Shown here one piece after another: positions 23,599 through 31,542 of a stretch of 52,382 nucleotides of DNA. Position numbers and translations under genes: made by a program. Numbering within the stretch: the stretch's first letter is position 1; each line of letters opens with the position of its first letter. The DNA comes from a virus. The stretch is from IMG/VR virus record IMGVR_UViG_3300045988_148619. The stretch is one strand, 5' to 3'. The notes under the pieces were generated by a model that ran no database searches, was not told where the DNA came from, and was given only the letters and a program-made list of their open reading frames with translations.

Positions 23599-25906
23599 AA
23601 GCCTTTCTTCCACAACCAGCCTTGACCCAATCATCAAAGCTAACACCTTGACCCCATACAGCTGATACTTCAACATCACACTTCATAGGGATTGATAATT
23701 TAACAGCCCTTTTCTGAATCTCAGCTATTTCTTGGACTTCCTCTTTTGTAGCTGTTGCTGGTATTTCTAAAAGCACTTCATCATGGATAGTTCCAATTAT
23801 ATCCCAGCCTTCTTTGTCCTTGATATGTCTGTATATATCAACCATAGCCTTTTTCATAATATCAGCTGAGCTACCTTGGATAACAGCATTTATGGACTGT
23901 CTAGCAACTCTGTTATAGTCTTTAGCAACAGCCCAATAATCCATTTTAGCCTGTCTTGATAGATTCTTTTCCTGCCATACATTGAAATTCTCTTTACCTA
24001 GATGTTTCTGAATGGCCTTGTGTCTTAAATGGTAACTCTTTGCTATTTGCTGATGACCAAGGAATCTTCTTTTTCTTCCAAACATTGTTTGAACAAATCC
24101 AAATTTATCAGCATGGGCATTAGTTTCTTTAAACCAGTTATCCATTGTAGGATAGGCTTCCTTGAAGTCAATATATATTTGTTCTGCTTCTTGTAGTGAT
24201 AGGCTGAAACTTTCAGCCAGTGACATTGAGCTGATTCCATACATCATTCCAAGTAAAACTACCTTAGCCATCTTTCTCCATTTAGACCCATCACCACATT
24301 CCTCTATTGGTTGTTTAAAGGTCTTGGAAGCAATCTCACTATATAAGTCCCTACCCTCTAAATACACTTCCATGAAATGTTCATCTTGAGATATGTGAGA
24401 AAGGAATCTAGGCTCAATTTGAGAGTAGTCTGACCCTATTATGATTTTATCTTCAGGAGCCACAAACATTTGTCTTGCTGGGTATGGTAGATTCTGAAGG
24501 TTAGGATTATTAGAAGCAAATCTTCCTGTTACTGTAGCTGACTGATTAAATGAACCATGTAACCTCCCATCAGCTCCCACCTTGTTTGGTAATGGCTCTA
24601 TATATGTTGTAAGAAGTTTATTCAACTCTCTATACTTCAATAGAACAGTTATATAATTTACTTTCTCAATCTTACTTCCCCAATCTCTAACAATCTTTTT
24701 AAGTGTTTGGGCATCTACCTTTCCTTTATATTCATCTATAACACCCCACTGGTTATAAATAACTTCAGCTAATTGTTGATTAGAGTTTATATTTATATCA
24801 CCAAATCCTTCTGCTATCTTGCTTTGAAGCTCAGCCACTTCTTCCTCTAGTTCCTTTTTGTATTTTTCTGCAAAGCCTAGATCAATCAGGAAGCCTTTCT
24901 TCTCCATAGCTATGCAAACTTCTGTTATAGGCAATTCTATATTAAAATATAAGTCCTTTAATTGAGGGATTCTGTCAAACTGTTCTAAGACCCAACAACC
25001 AAATTTATAAGTTAAATGGGTATCTTTACAAGCATATACAGTCCCAATGTCTAAAGGTGTTTTCTCAAAGCCACCCTTACCAAACAGTTCCTCATAAGTC
25101 ATTGATTTATCTTCAAATCCAAAGAACTTACCATACTTTGTTGCTAGGTTCTTCAGTGCAAAGCTTGGCTCATTCTCATTAAGCAAGTGCATAGCCACCA
25201 TAGTGTCCAAGTATAGACCTTGAAGTTCTATTCCTTCTTTTCTCAGCACATGAACATCAAACTTTGAATTGTGTAGCATCTTCTTAATGTGTTTATTTTC
25301 TAGTATAGGTTTAAGGCTTTCAAACACTATTACAGGATCTAGCTGTTCATCTTCCAACTCATGCCTAACTGGAATGTAACAATGGTAATCAGCCTTTGGT
25401 AGTGTAAGAGATATTCCAACAATAACATCTTTGCCCCATATATCAACTCCTGTGGTTTCTGTATCAACAGCCAGTACTTCTTCAAATCTTAGTAAATATT
25501 TTAAATGTCTAAATTGTTCCCATGTTGTTATGCAATGGTAATTTGCTGGGCAATCTCTGACCATATCTTTAATTATCTGTTCTTTTCTAACCTCCATTAG
25601 AACCTTATACAGCCCTAGTGCTTTAGTCTTTGTGAACTTGCTTAGTGAATCTACCCCTGAAGGTATTTCACCAACCTCTATAGCCTGTTTAACCTGTAAC
25701 AGCTTGGCTCTGTCTGAATCAGTAACCTTAGTCTGAAATATAGCCTTCTTAATAGTTCCTGTGTGGGTCTTATACCCTGTTTCCCAAACCTCAGCCCATG
25801 TTGGCTCATATTTAGCCATCTTCTTTTTCTCTGTAGCTTTCTTGACCCTCTGCTGTGCTTGGGTTTCCTTATTGGATTCTAGTTTTAGATTCAATTCTAA
25901 ATTCAT
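23588..25906 (-). CDS. polA: Family A DNA polymerase with a 3'-5' exonuclease domain
   Basis: 772 aa. Exo I reads LAVDTETTG. Motif A reads IIGSDYSQIEPRFLSHISQDE. Motif B reads RKMAKVVLLGMMYG. Motif C reads IGTIHDEVLLE. Confidence 0.9.
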   Translation of the reverse strand: MNLELNLKLESNKETQAQQRVKKATEKKKMAKYEPTWAEVWETGYKTHTGTIKKAIFQTKVTDSDRAKLLQVKQAIEVGEIPSGVDSLSKFTKTKALGLYKVLMEVRKEQIIKDMVRDCPANYHCITTWEQFRHLKYLLRFEEVLAVDTETTGVDIWGKDVIVGISLTLPKADYHCYIPVRHELEDEQLDPVIVFESLKPILENKHIKKMLHNSKFDVHVLRKEGIELQGLYLDTMVAMHLLNENEPSFALKNLATKYGKFFGFEDKSMTYEELFGKGGFEKTPLDIGTVYACKDTHLTYKFGCWVLEQFDRIPQLKDLYFNIELPITEVCIAMEKKGFLIDLGFAEKYKKELEEEVAELQSKIAEGFGDININSNQQLAEVIYNQWGVIDEYKGKVDAQTLKKIVRDWGSKIEKVNYITVLLKYRELNKLLTTYIEPLPNKVGADGRLHGSFNQSATVTGRFASNNPNLQNLPYPARQMFVAPEDKIIIGSDYSQIEPRFLSHISQDEHFMEVYLEGRDLYSEIASKTFKQPIEECGDGSKWRKMAKVVLLGMMYGISSMSLAESFSLSLQEAEQIYIDFKEAYPTMDNWFKETNAHADKFGFVQTMFGRKRRFLGHQQIAKSYHLRHKAIQKHLGKENFNVWQEKNLSRQAKMDYWAVAKDYNRVARQSINAVIQGSSADIMKKAMVDIYRHIKDKEGWDIIGTIHDEVLLEIPATATKEEVQEIAEIQKRAVKLSIPMKCDVEVSAVWGQGVSFDDWVKAGCGRKAFEK

Positions 25907-25938
25907 TTCTTCACCTTCCTATTTTGTTGTAGTTAGGT

Positions 25939-25970
25939 GTCTAGGTTCACCCTAGCCTATTGGATGTGAC
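25939..25970 (-). promoter_or_regulatory. Bipartite promoter-like motif copy (GTCACA-N15-TGWAC-CTAWAY)
   Basis: Minus strand GTCACAtccaataggctagggTGAACCTAGAC, 32 nt upstream of ATG 25906. Confidence 0.6.
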
Positions 25971-25986
25971 TTCCTTAATTTGCAAT

Positions 25987-26020
25987 AAAAAAAAGACAGG
26001 CAATTAAGCCTGTCTTTTTT
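25987..26020. terminator. Bidirectional-looking intrinsic terminator at the end of the salvage operon
   Basis: aaaaaaaaGACAGGCaattaaGCCTGTCtttttt. Confidence 0.75.
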
Positions 26021-26252
26021 ACTCTCTATTACTTTTTATAAAATAATCATGGACTACAGTTAGCCCCTTCCAAAGCAATATTGCTATACCCACTATTTGA
26101 AGTGGCACCATAGGTAACCCATAATATATAAGAATTGAATTTAATAATACTGTAAGTAAAGCACACATAAGGAACACACCACATATTATTACTAAACCAG
26201 CCCCTACAATTAAACCAGCACCTATTAATAAATTCTTTGTTGATTTCTTCAT
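26019..26252 (-). CDS. Small membrane protein with two predicted TM helices
   Basis: 77 aa with a GGGGTGA RBS. It has hydrophobic stretches LLIGAGLIVGAGLVIICGVFLMCALL and LQIVGIAILLW and lies directly after the transporter gene. Confidence 0.5.
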   Translation of the reverse strand: MKKSTKNLLIGAGLIVGAGLVIICGVFLMCALLTVLLNSILIYYGLPMVPLQIVGIAILLWKGLTVVHDYFIKSNRE

Positions 26253-26262
26253 ACAATCACCC

Positions 26263-27432
26263 CTATATCATAAGACCTATAACAGCACCAGTTAATAAGT
26301 TTACTGCTGTAGCTGTTAATAATGCCTTAACACCTAATTTAGCAACCACCCCAACTTTCTCAGGAGCAACAGCTGAATAACCACCTATTAATATTCCTAT
26401 TGAACCTATTCCAGCAAACCCACATAATGCCACTGTTACCATTGCTTTGGCTTGTGTTCCTAACATAGCAAATTGAGGTAATGCAAAGGCAACTGCTTCA
26501 TTAGTAACCAATTTAGTAGCTAGTATTTCAGAAGCTAAAGATACATCTGAAGCTGGTACCCCCATAATAACAGCTAATGGCTTAAATACTATACCTAATA
26601 TACTTTGCATAGTAACACCTTCAAAGAACAGCCCTATAAAGTTGTTTATCATAAATACTACAGATAAGAACACCATTAAAGCTACTGATATTCCTATAAC
26701 CCCTTTAAATCCAGCTGTGGCATAATTCATCATTGTTTCTGTTGCATTTATACCTTTATCTGTAGATTCAACCTCTATTACTTCATTAGTGTATTTAGTA
26801 GGCATTAGTATTTGAGTTAATACAAATGTAGAAAATACAGTTAAAGGCATTGATACAAGAATCCATTCCATAGAAGCCCCATAGCCAACATAAAGACCAA
26901 CAACTGAAGCTGATATTGAAGTCATACCACCAACTAAAGTGGCAAATATAACTGAATCAGAAGCTTTAGGTAAATATGATTTAGTTACAAATAAAGATTC
27001 TGATTGACCTAAAAACATATTAGTAACACCATTTACAGCTATTAAAGTGTCTACCTTTAAAACCTTAGCTACTGTGTTTCCTACAACAGCAATAAACTTT
27101 TGTAATATCCCAAAGTGGAATAATAACCCCATGATTGCTGATATAAACACTATAGGCAATAAACTATTTATGAAGAATACATAGTTGTCTGATATACCAC
27201 CAAACACAAAATTAATTCCTTCTGTAGCCTGAGATAATAACCATGTAACACCATTAGAAGCAAGTTCAACTAATTTCCATAGGGGTGTTTTTATTAAAGC
27301 TAATGCCAAAACTAATTGACCAGCAAAAGCACAACCCACTGACTTCCAATTTATCTCCTTCTTATTACTTGAAAATAGGTAGGCAATGCCTACAATTACA
27401 AATATTCCAACAAATCCAAATATCTTTTCCAT
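26263..27432 (-). CDS. nupC: NupC-family (concentrative) nucleoside transporter
   Basis: 389 aa with an AAGGAG RBS. Blocks EGINFVFGG, PIVFISAIMGLL, LGQSE, ILGIVFKPLAVIMGVPASDV, ATKLVTNEAVA and FAGIGSIGI line up with E. coli NupC blocks recalled from memory. Confidence 0.85.
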   Translation of the reverse strand: MEKIFGFVGIFVIVGIAYLFSSNKKEINWKSVGCAFAGQLVLALALIKTPLWKLVELASNGVTWLLSQATEGINFVFGGISDNYVFFINSLLPIVFISAIMGLLFHFGILQKFIAVVGNTVAKVLKVDTLIAVNGVTNMFLGQSESLFVTKSYLPKASDSVIFATLVGGMTSISASVVGLYVGYGASMEWILVSMPLTVFSTFVLTQILMPTKYTNEVIEVESTDKGINATETMMNYATAGFKGVIGISVALMVFLSVVFMINNFIGLFFEGVTMQSILGIVFKPLAVIMGVPASDVSLASEILATKLVTNEAVAFALPQFAMLGTQAKAMVTVALCGFAGIGSIGILIGGYSAVAPEKVGVVAKLGVKALLTATAVNLLTGAVIGLMI

Positions 27433-27471
27433 TTCACAATCTCCTTATTATTTAATTTTCAAAGTTCAAGG

Positions 27472-27765
27472 CTAGGAGATCAATCCTCTAAGCCTTAGCA
27501 AATATATAGCCTTACTTACCACTAAAGGGTCATTGAAAGGCAAGTCAAACCCTGAAGCATGAGTTAATTTCTTAAACTCTTTAGCATAAACAACCTTGTC
27601 AGCCAGTTCAGGATAGTCTTTCTGAAGTCTTATCAACTCATTACACCACTTATCAAAAGTTGAATCCTCTATGATGTTGGAATCAAACCTGTAATAAATA
27701 CAGGAATGAACCAATATCTGAAGTCTTCTTCTTTGGATTAGCTCCATAATCTTTTTATCTTCCAT
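27472..27765 (-). CDS. Hypothetical 97-aa protein resembling domain Ia of NAD-dependent DNA ligase
   Basis: LQILVHSCIYYRFDSNIIEDSTFDKWCNELIRLQKDYPEL follows the LigA N-terminal pattern YY..d.p.isD.eYD.l..eL..lE..yPel. No adenylation domain is present. Confidence 0.3.
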   Translation of the reverse strand: MEDKKIMELIQRRRLQILVHSCIYYRFDSNIIEDSTFDKWCNELIRLQKDYPELADKVVYAKEFKKLTHASGFDLPFNDPLVVSKAIYLLRLRGLIS

Positions 27766-28408
27766 CTCTCAGTTCCTCTAGTTTCTTATCTATCAACTGA
27801 AGGACTTCCTTTTTATCTTCTTCATTATTTACAAAGTCATATTTATCAATGTCTATAACTAAGACCTCTGAAGCCTTATAATGATTAAACACCCAATCAT
27901 CATAACCTTCCCACAATGCCCTGTAATAATCTTTTAGGCTTTCATCAATTTCAAAGTCCCTACCTCTTTTTGCAATCCTTTCAAGTATTGTTTCAAAACT
28001 CCCTGAAAGGTATATAAACAGGTCAGGGCTTTTCTTAGGCAGTTCTTCTAGTTCCTCCATCATATTCTCTAATAGGCTTTCATAAATACCAAATTCAAGG
28101 TCTGATATTCTTCCCATATCTTTATTTACTTTGGCAAAATACCAATCTTCATATAGTGACCTATCAAGAACATTATCTTGATTAGTTAAAGCCTGTTTGA
28201 TACTTTTAAATCTTGTGTCTAAGAAATACAGCTGTAATAAAAATGGGTATCTCTTAGCTTGGATTTCTTCATCACTGGCTGTATAGAATAAAGGTAATAC
28301 TGGATTATCCTCAACACTTTCATAAAATACTTCAGACCCTAGGTGTTCCCCTAACAGCCCTGCTAAGCTAGATTTACCAGCCCCTATCATTGCTCCAATT
28401 ACTATCAC
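27755..28408 (-). CDS. Deoxynucleoside kinase
   Basis: The likely start is GTG at 28408, 7 nt after GGTGGA, forming a GTGA overlap with the upstream small ORF. It has the P-loop GAMIGAGKSS, an LDRSLYED (ERS-like) motif and the lid RIAKRGRDFE. Confidence 0.8.
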   Translation of the reverse strand: MIVIGAMIGAGKSSLAGLLGEHLGSEVFYESVEDNPVLPLFYTASDEEIQAKRYPFLLQLYFLDTRFKSIKQALTNQDNVLDRSLYEDWYFAKVNKDMGRISDLEFGIYESLLENMMEELEELPKKSPDLFIYLSGSFETILERIAKRGRDFEIDESLKDYYRALWEGYDDWVFNHYKASEVLVIDIDKYDFVNNEEDKKEVLQLIDKKLEELRDGR

Positions 28409-28542
28409 AATAACATCCACCTATCTTTCTGTTTTTCCAATTCTTCAATTTCTTGTTTTTGTTTTTGAATAATATCTTTCAATTCTTCAATTATTTTATC
28501 TTGGTTCTTAATGTGATTTTCTATTGCTTTTAACTCTAGCAA
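28405..28542 (-). CDS. Possible 45-aa coiled-coil micro-ORF, below the ORF-track size cut-off
   Basis: TTG at 28542 lies 5 nt after GGGGGTG. The frame reads LLELKAIENHIKNQDKIIEELKDIIQKQKQEIEELEKQKDRWMLL. Its stop overlaps the dNK GTG start as GTGA. Confidence 0.3.
   Translation of the reverse strand: MLELKAIENHIKNQDKIIEELKDIIQKQKQEIEELEKQKDRWMLL
28465..28482. repeat. 18-bp palindrome copy (TTGAAW-N6-WTTCAA family)
   Basis: ttgaataatatctttcaa, between the TK and dNK genes. Confidence 0.7.
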
Positions 28543-28553
28543 ATCAACACCCC

Positions 28554-29096
28554 CTACCCTATAAAATCAAAGTAGCATTTCCTACATAAAGGAACATACA
28601 GGTCTTTGGCTCCAAGCTGTACTACAGAATCATTTTCAACCCTTTTCCCTGACATGACTGCATCTTCACCACATTCCTCACATATAGCTTTCAACTTATT
28701 GACCTTATCAGCCATAGCCATTAAATCCATAGCTGTTCCAAATCCTTGACCTTTAAAGTCCATATCTAAACAAGATACATAGATTGTTTTACCAGCCTTC
28801 AGAAGCCCATTTATAGATTGTAGTATCACTTTATCAAAGAATTGTGCTTCATCTATCAGTATGACCTCATAGGCATCTATATCAACTTCTAAGGGTTTAG
28901 AAGTATCTACAGCCACAGCCTTTACTCTTAGATTTGAATGTGTTACAATTTCATCTTCTGAATACCTTGTGTCCATACTAGGCTTTATATACAAAACATT
29001 TTGCCCAGCTCTCATGTGTTTTTCACCCTGAGATATTAACAAAGTGGATTTACCTGAGAACATAGCCCCAGTGTTAACTGTTAGTGTTGCCTTCAT
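28554..29096 (-). CDS. tdk: Thymidine kinase
   Basis: 180 aa. It has the P-loop GAMFSGKSTLLI, Walker B ILIDEAQFF, and the zinc motif CEECGE...CRKCY. Confidence 0.9.
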   Translation of the reverse strand: MKATLTVNTGAMFSGKSTLLISQGEKHMRAGQNVLYIKPSMDTRYSEDEIVTHSNLRVKAVAVDTSKPLEVDIDAYEVILIDEAQFFDKVILQSINGLLKAGKTIYVSCLDMDFKGQGFGTAMDLMAMADKVNKLKAICEECGEDAVMSGKRVENDSVVQLGAKDLYVPLCRKCYFDFIG

Positions 29097-29343
29097 CTTC
29101 TACCTCCCTAGTGATTAAAACTTTTCTTCTTGGTATAAGTACAGCATCTAAAACTTGGTCTATGTCTGATATGATATTAAATTCCTCAACCACATCACCA
29201 GCATTACTACCCTCTAGGCTTACAAGACCATACCTATGGTCTCCATAAGGTCTTTGGAACTCTACCACCATACAAGGTTTTCTGTTGTATAAAACTATAT
29301 CCCCAGTGTAGCAATCACACTTTTTAGTTAGTCTTACCTTCAT
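29074..29343 (-). CDS. Hypothetical protein
   Basis: 89 aa, the first gene of the salvage transcription unit. A GGGCAGGTGA RBS precedes it. Confidence 0.5.
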   Translation of the reverse strand: MKVRLTKKCDCYTGDIVLYNRKPCMVVEFQRPYGDHRYGLVSLEGSNAGDVVEEFNIISDIDQVLDAVLIPRRKVLITREVEDEGNTNS

Positions 29344-29377
29344 AAAATCACCTGCCCTTTCTTATTTTGTTATAGAT

Positions 29378-29409
29378 ATTTAGGTTCACTGATTAAGACC
29401 AGCTGTGAC
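29378..29409 (-). promoter_or_regulatory. Bipartite promoter-like motif copy (GTCACA-N15-TGWAC-CTAWAY)
   Basis: Minus strand GTCACAgctggtcttaatcagTGAACCTAAAT, 34 nt upstream of ATG 29343 and preceded by GGGGGTGGGG. Confidence 0.6.
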
Positions 29410-29421
29410 CCCCACCCCCAT

Positions 29422-29447
29422 AAAAAAAAGAAGGGAATTAACCCTTC
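29422..29447 (-). terminator. Intrinsic terminator after the N6-methyltransferase gene
   Basis: Minus strand GAAGGG ttaatt CCCTTC, followed by TTTTTTTT. Confidence 0.75.
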
Positions 29448-29972
29448 TTAAACAGTCTTTTTTATTTCCTCAAATACTATCTGTTGTGGTAGCATTTTGG
29501 AACATAAATAAACACTTGAAAAAGGTGGATTCATAGAAGGCTTAGTATCTTCATAGTCCTTAAAATAGGATACCCTTCTATTTAAATACATAATTTCAAA
29601 ATCATTATCCCTAAACATTTCAAATCTTTTTTGACTTTCAAATAGCCCAACCACTCCAACCAGCATGGCAAAAGGAATATTTAATTCAAATAATCTTTGG
29701 AACACTTCCCCCTTCATAGAGTAAGGGGGGTTACTTATGATGTAATCACATTCAGGGGCTTCCATTTCAAAGAAGTCTTGCCCACTAGATATATGGGTAG
29801 GTATGACTGCATGTCCCCCCTTTCTCAACTCTTTAACATACAGACTATCTTCAGTATCAAAAGGACACCAAACCTTTGAGTTGGGATTTATATATTTTTT
29901 AATAGGTTCTATTGCATATTTTGGTGTGTAAAATTCATCATTCTTACTCCCAGCCACCTTATCCATCTTCAT
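29448..29972 (-). CDS. Putative N6-adenine DNA methyltransferase (NPPY motif)
   Basis: The likely start is ATG at 29972, overlapping the RuvC stop as TAATG. It has the N-terminal NDEFYTP motif and the catalytic motif IISNPPYS. Confidence 0.6.
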   Translation of the reverse strand: MKMDKVAGSKNDEFYTPKYAIEPIKKYINPNSKVWCPFDTEDSLYVKELRKGGHAVIPTHISSGQDFFEMEAPECDYIISNPPYSMKGEVFQRLFELNIPFAMLVGVVGLFESQKRFEMFRDNDFEIMYLNRRVSYFKDYEDTKPSMNPPFSSVYLCSKMLPQQIVFEEIKKTV

Positions 29973-30487
29973 TATTTCAATAATCCTTTCTTTATACAAT
30001 AAGTCAAGGCAACAGCTACAGCATCAGATTCATCATCAGAATAAAATTTTATTCCCTTTTGATCCTCTGACAAAAGCTGTCTAACTCCTTCCTCAACCTC
30101 TAATTTATCTGCTTTAGAATAACCAGCCACAATGGACTTTACAACTGTAGGAGGTAGTTCCTCTATGGACTTGATTCCCCCTTCTTGATAAGCAACCAAA
30201 TCAGCAACTCCAACTACTCTAAATAATAGCTGTGTTGTATTAGCAAATCTGCTGAATCCTTTCTCCCTAACAACCACATCAAAATTCCCATATCTTTGAA
30301 AAATATCTTTCAATTTAACAGCAATTCTATCTAGCTTTTCAGGTGTTGTGTACTTGCCTTTCTTGTTGTCTATATGGAATATTTCTACCAGCTTAAATTC
30401 TCCATCTATGACCTGAGCCACACACCCAGCTGGAAGATTTAAAGAAAGGTCTAAGGCTAGTATTAATTGATTATTCTTCTTTTTCAT
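29972..30487 (-). CDS. ruvC: RuvC-like Holliday junction resolvase
   Basis: 171 aa. The acidic residues lie in LILALDLS, VVVREKGF and DDESDAVAVALTY, the pattern of phage RuvC-type resolvases. Confidence 0.7.
   Translation of the reverse strand: MKKKNNQLILALDLSLNLPAGCVAQVIDGEFKLVEIFHIDNKKGKYTTPEKLDRIAVKLKDIFQRYGNFDVVVREKGFSRFANTTQLLFRVVGVADLVAYQEGGIKSIEELPPTVVKSIVAGYSKADKLEVEEGVRQLLSEDQKGIKFYSDDESDAVAVALTYCIKKGLLK
30296..30313. repeat. 18-bp palindrome copy (TTGAAW-N6-WTTCAA family), intragenic
   Basis: ttgaaaaatatctttcaa, inside the RuvC-like gene. Confidence 0.7.
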
Positions 30488-31403
30488 CTAGCCCCTCCTG
30501 TTCTTGCTCCATACAAGCTGTTTTGTATTGACAGAAGAAACACTTATCTTCTTTAGCTGGAACTTCTTCAGCATAAAACTGCTTAGCCACTTCAGAAAGC
30601 TTATCTAGTAACTGCTGTCTATCTTCTTCTGTAATCTTCACATAGAAAGTTCTTAAATCCACTTTGGCATCTGCTCCCTTAGTCCAGCCATCTTTAGCAA
30701 CTGATTCATAAGTGAATATTGCTTCATCTATCCCAAATAAGATTGAATAAGCAACAGCCTGTATTCTATGTTCTTCCTGCACTCCTTTTAATTTGTAAGT
30801 ACCCACACAGCCTATTGTTGTTGATTTTGTTTTGAACTCAAATAGCACTTTAGAGCCATCTAATTGATTTACTAAAATACCATCACACATTCCATTTAAA
30901 ACAAACTTAACCCCATTATGCTCTATAACCTTAGCTGTCTTGATATTTTGCTCCCATGCTGGTAGTCCACTGTCTAGCCTATCAACTTTGAAAACAGGAT
31001 TATCTAGTATCTTTTCAGAGTATAATAAATCCCTTTGGACTGCTTCATGTACTGCTGTTGAGTTCCTAGTCCATCTCCTTTGATATGGGTATCTTAGTAT
31101 TTCATCTTTCTTAACCTTCTTAGCCTTAAAATAAAGCCCTCTACCACACCCTGAAGCTGAAGATGGTGAGAAGGATATTAAACCTTCAGGCAACTGCTTG
31201 AAGTCCTTTAATTGCTCCAAATCATGTTCCTTTTGTTTTAATAACAATTCCTCAATTTCAATATCATCATAGAAGTCAATCTTGTGTAAATCATTGAATT
31301 GATTATATAAGGCTCCAGCTAATCTGTTACCTCTTTCTGATTGACCATCCACCACTCTTTTCTTGAGCCTTTCAGCCCCTTGCCTACTGAATAAAGTAGC
31401 CAC
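30471..31403 (-). CDS. PD-(D/E)XK exonuclease with a Cas4-like Cys cluster
   Basis: 310 aa with a GTG start after AAGGAAGGTGA. GMCDGILV...LFEFKTKS supplies the D...ExK motif. One N-terminal Cys (SASGCGRG) plus the C-terminal CFFCQYKTAC (C-x2-C-x5-C) form the cluster. Confidence 0.7.
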   Translation of the reverse strand: MATLFSRQGAERLKKRVVDGQSERGNRLAGALYNQFNDLHKIDFYDDIEIEELLLKQKEHDLEQLKDFKQLPEGLISFSPSSASGCGRGLYFKAKKVKKDEILRYPYQRRWTRNSTAVHEAVQRDLLYSEKILDNPVFKVDRLDSGLPAWEQNIKTAKVIEHNGVKFVLNGMCDGILVNQLDGSKVLFEFKTKSTTIGCVGTYKLKGVQEEHRIQAVAYSILFGIDEAIFTYESVAKDGWTKGADAKVDLRTFYVKITEEDRQQLLDKLSEVAKQFYAEEVPAKEDKCFFCQYKTACMEQEQEGLDEKEE

Positions 31404-31432
31404 ACTATCACCTTCCTTTTACATATTTATCT

Positions 31433-31464
31433 ATTTAGGTTCAAATGTGCTGGGGTCTTGTGAC
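31433..31464 (-). promoter_or_regulatory. Bipartite promoter-like motif copy (GTCACA-N15-TGWAC-CTAWAY)
   Basis: Minus strand GTCACAagaccccagcacattTGAACCTAAAT, 29 nt upstream of GTG 31403. Confidence 0.6.
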
Positions 31465-31476
31465 TGACCCCTTTTT

Positions 31477-31494
31477 TTGAAAGATACTTTTCAA
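31477..31494. repeat. 18-bp palindrome copy (TTGAAW-N6-WTTCAA family)
   Basis: ttgaaagatacttttcaa, between the terminator at 31506-31533 and the promoter-like motif. Confidence 0.8.
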
Positions 31495-31505
31495 TTTTAA
31501 GCAAC

Positions 31506-31533
31506 AAAAAAAAGACAGGCATTTAAACCTGTC
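31506..31533 (-). terminator. Intrinsic terminator after the C5-methyltransferase locus
   Basis: Minus strand GACAGG tttaaatg CCTGTC, followed by TTTTTTTT. Confidence 0.75.
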
Positions 31534-31542
31534 ATTCACTAA

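Noticed and set aside
24043-24240. Same-strand out-of-frame ORFs inside polA (24043..24240) and the helicase gene (35866..36066).
   Set aside because: They are embedded in genes with strong motif support and show no independent signals.
26047-26256. An alternative 69-aa frame overlapping the small membrane protein gene.
   Set aside because: The frame at 26019..26252 has an RBS (GGGGTGA) and clear TM helices. The alternative has neither.
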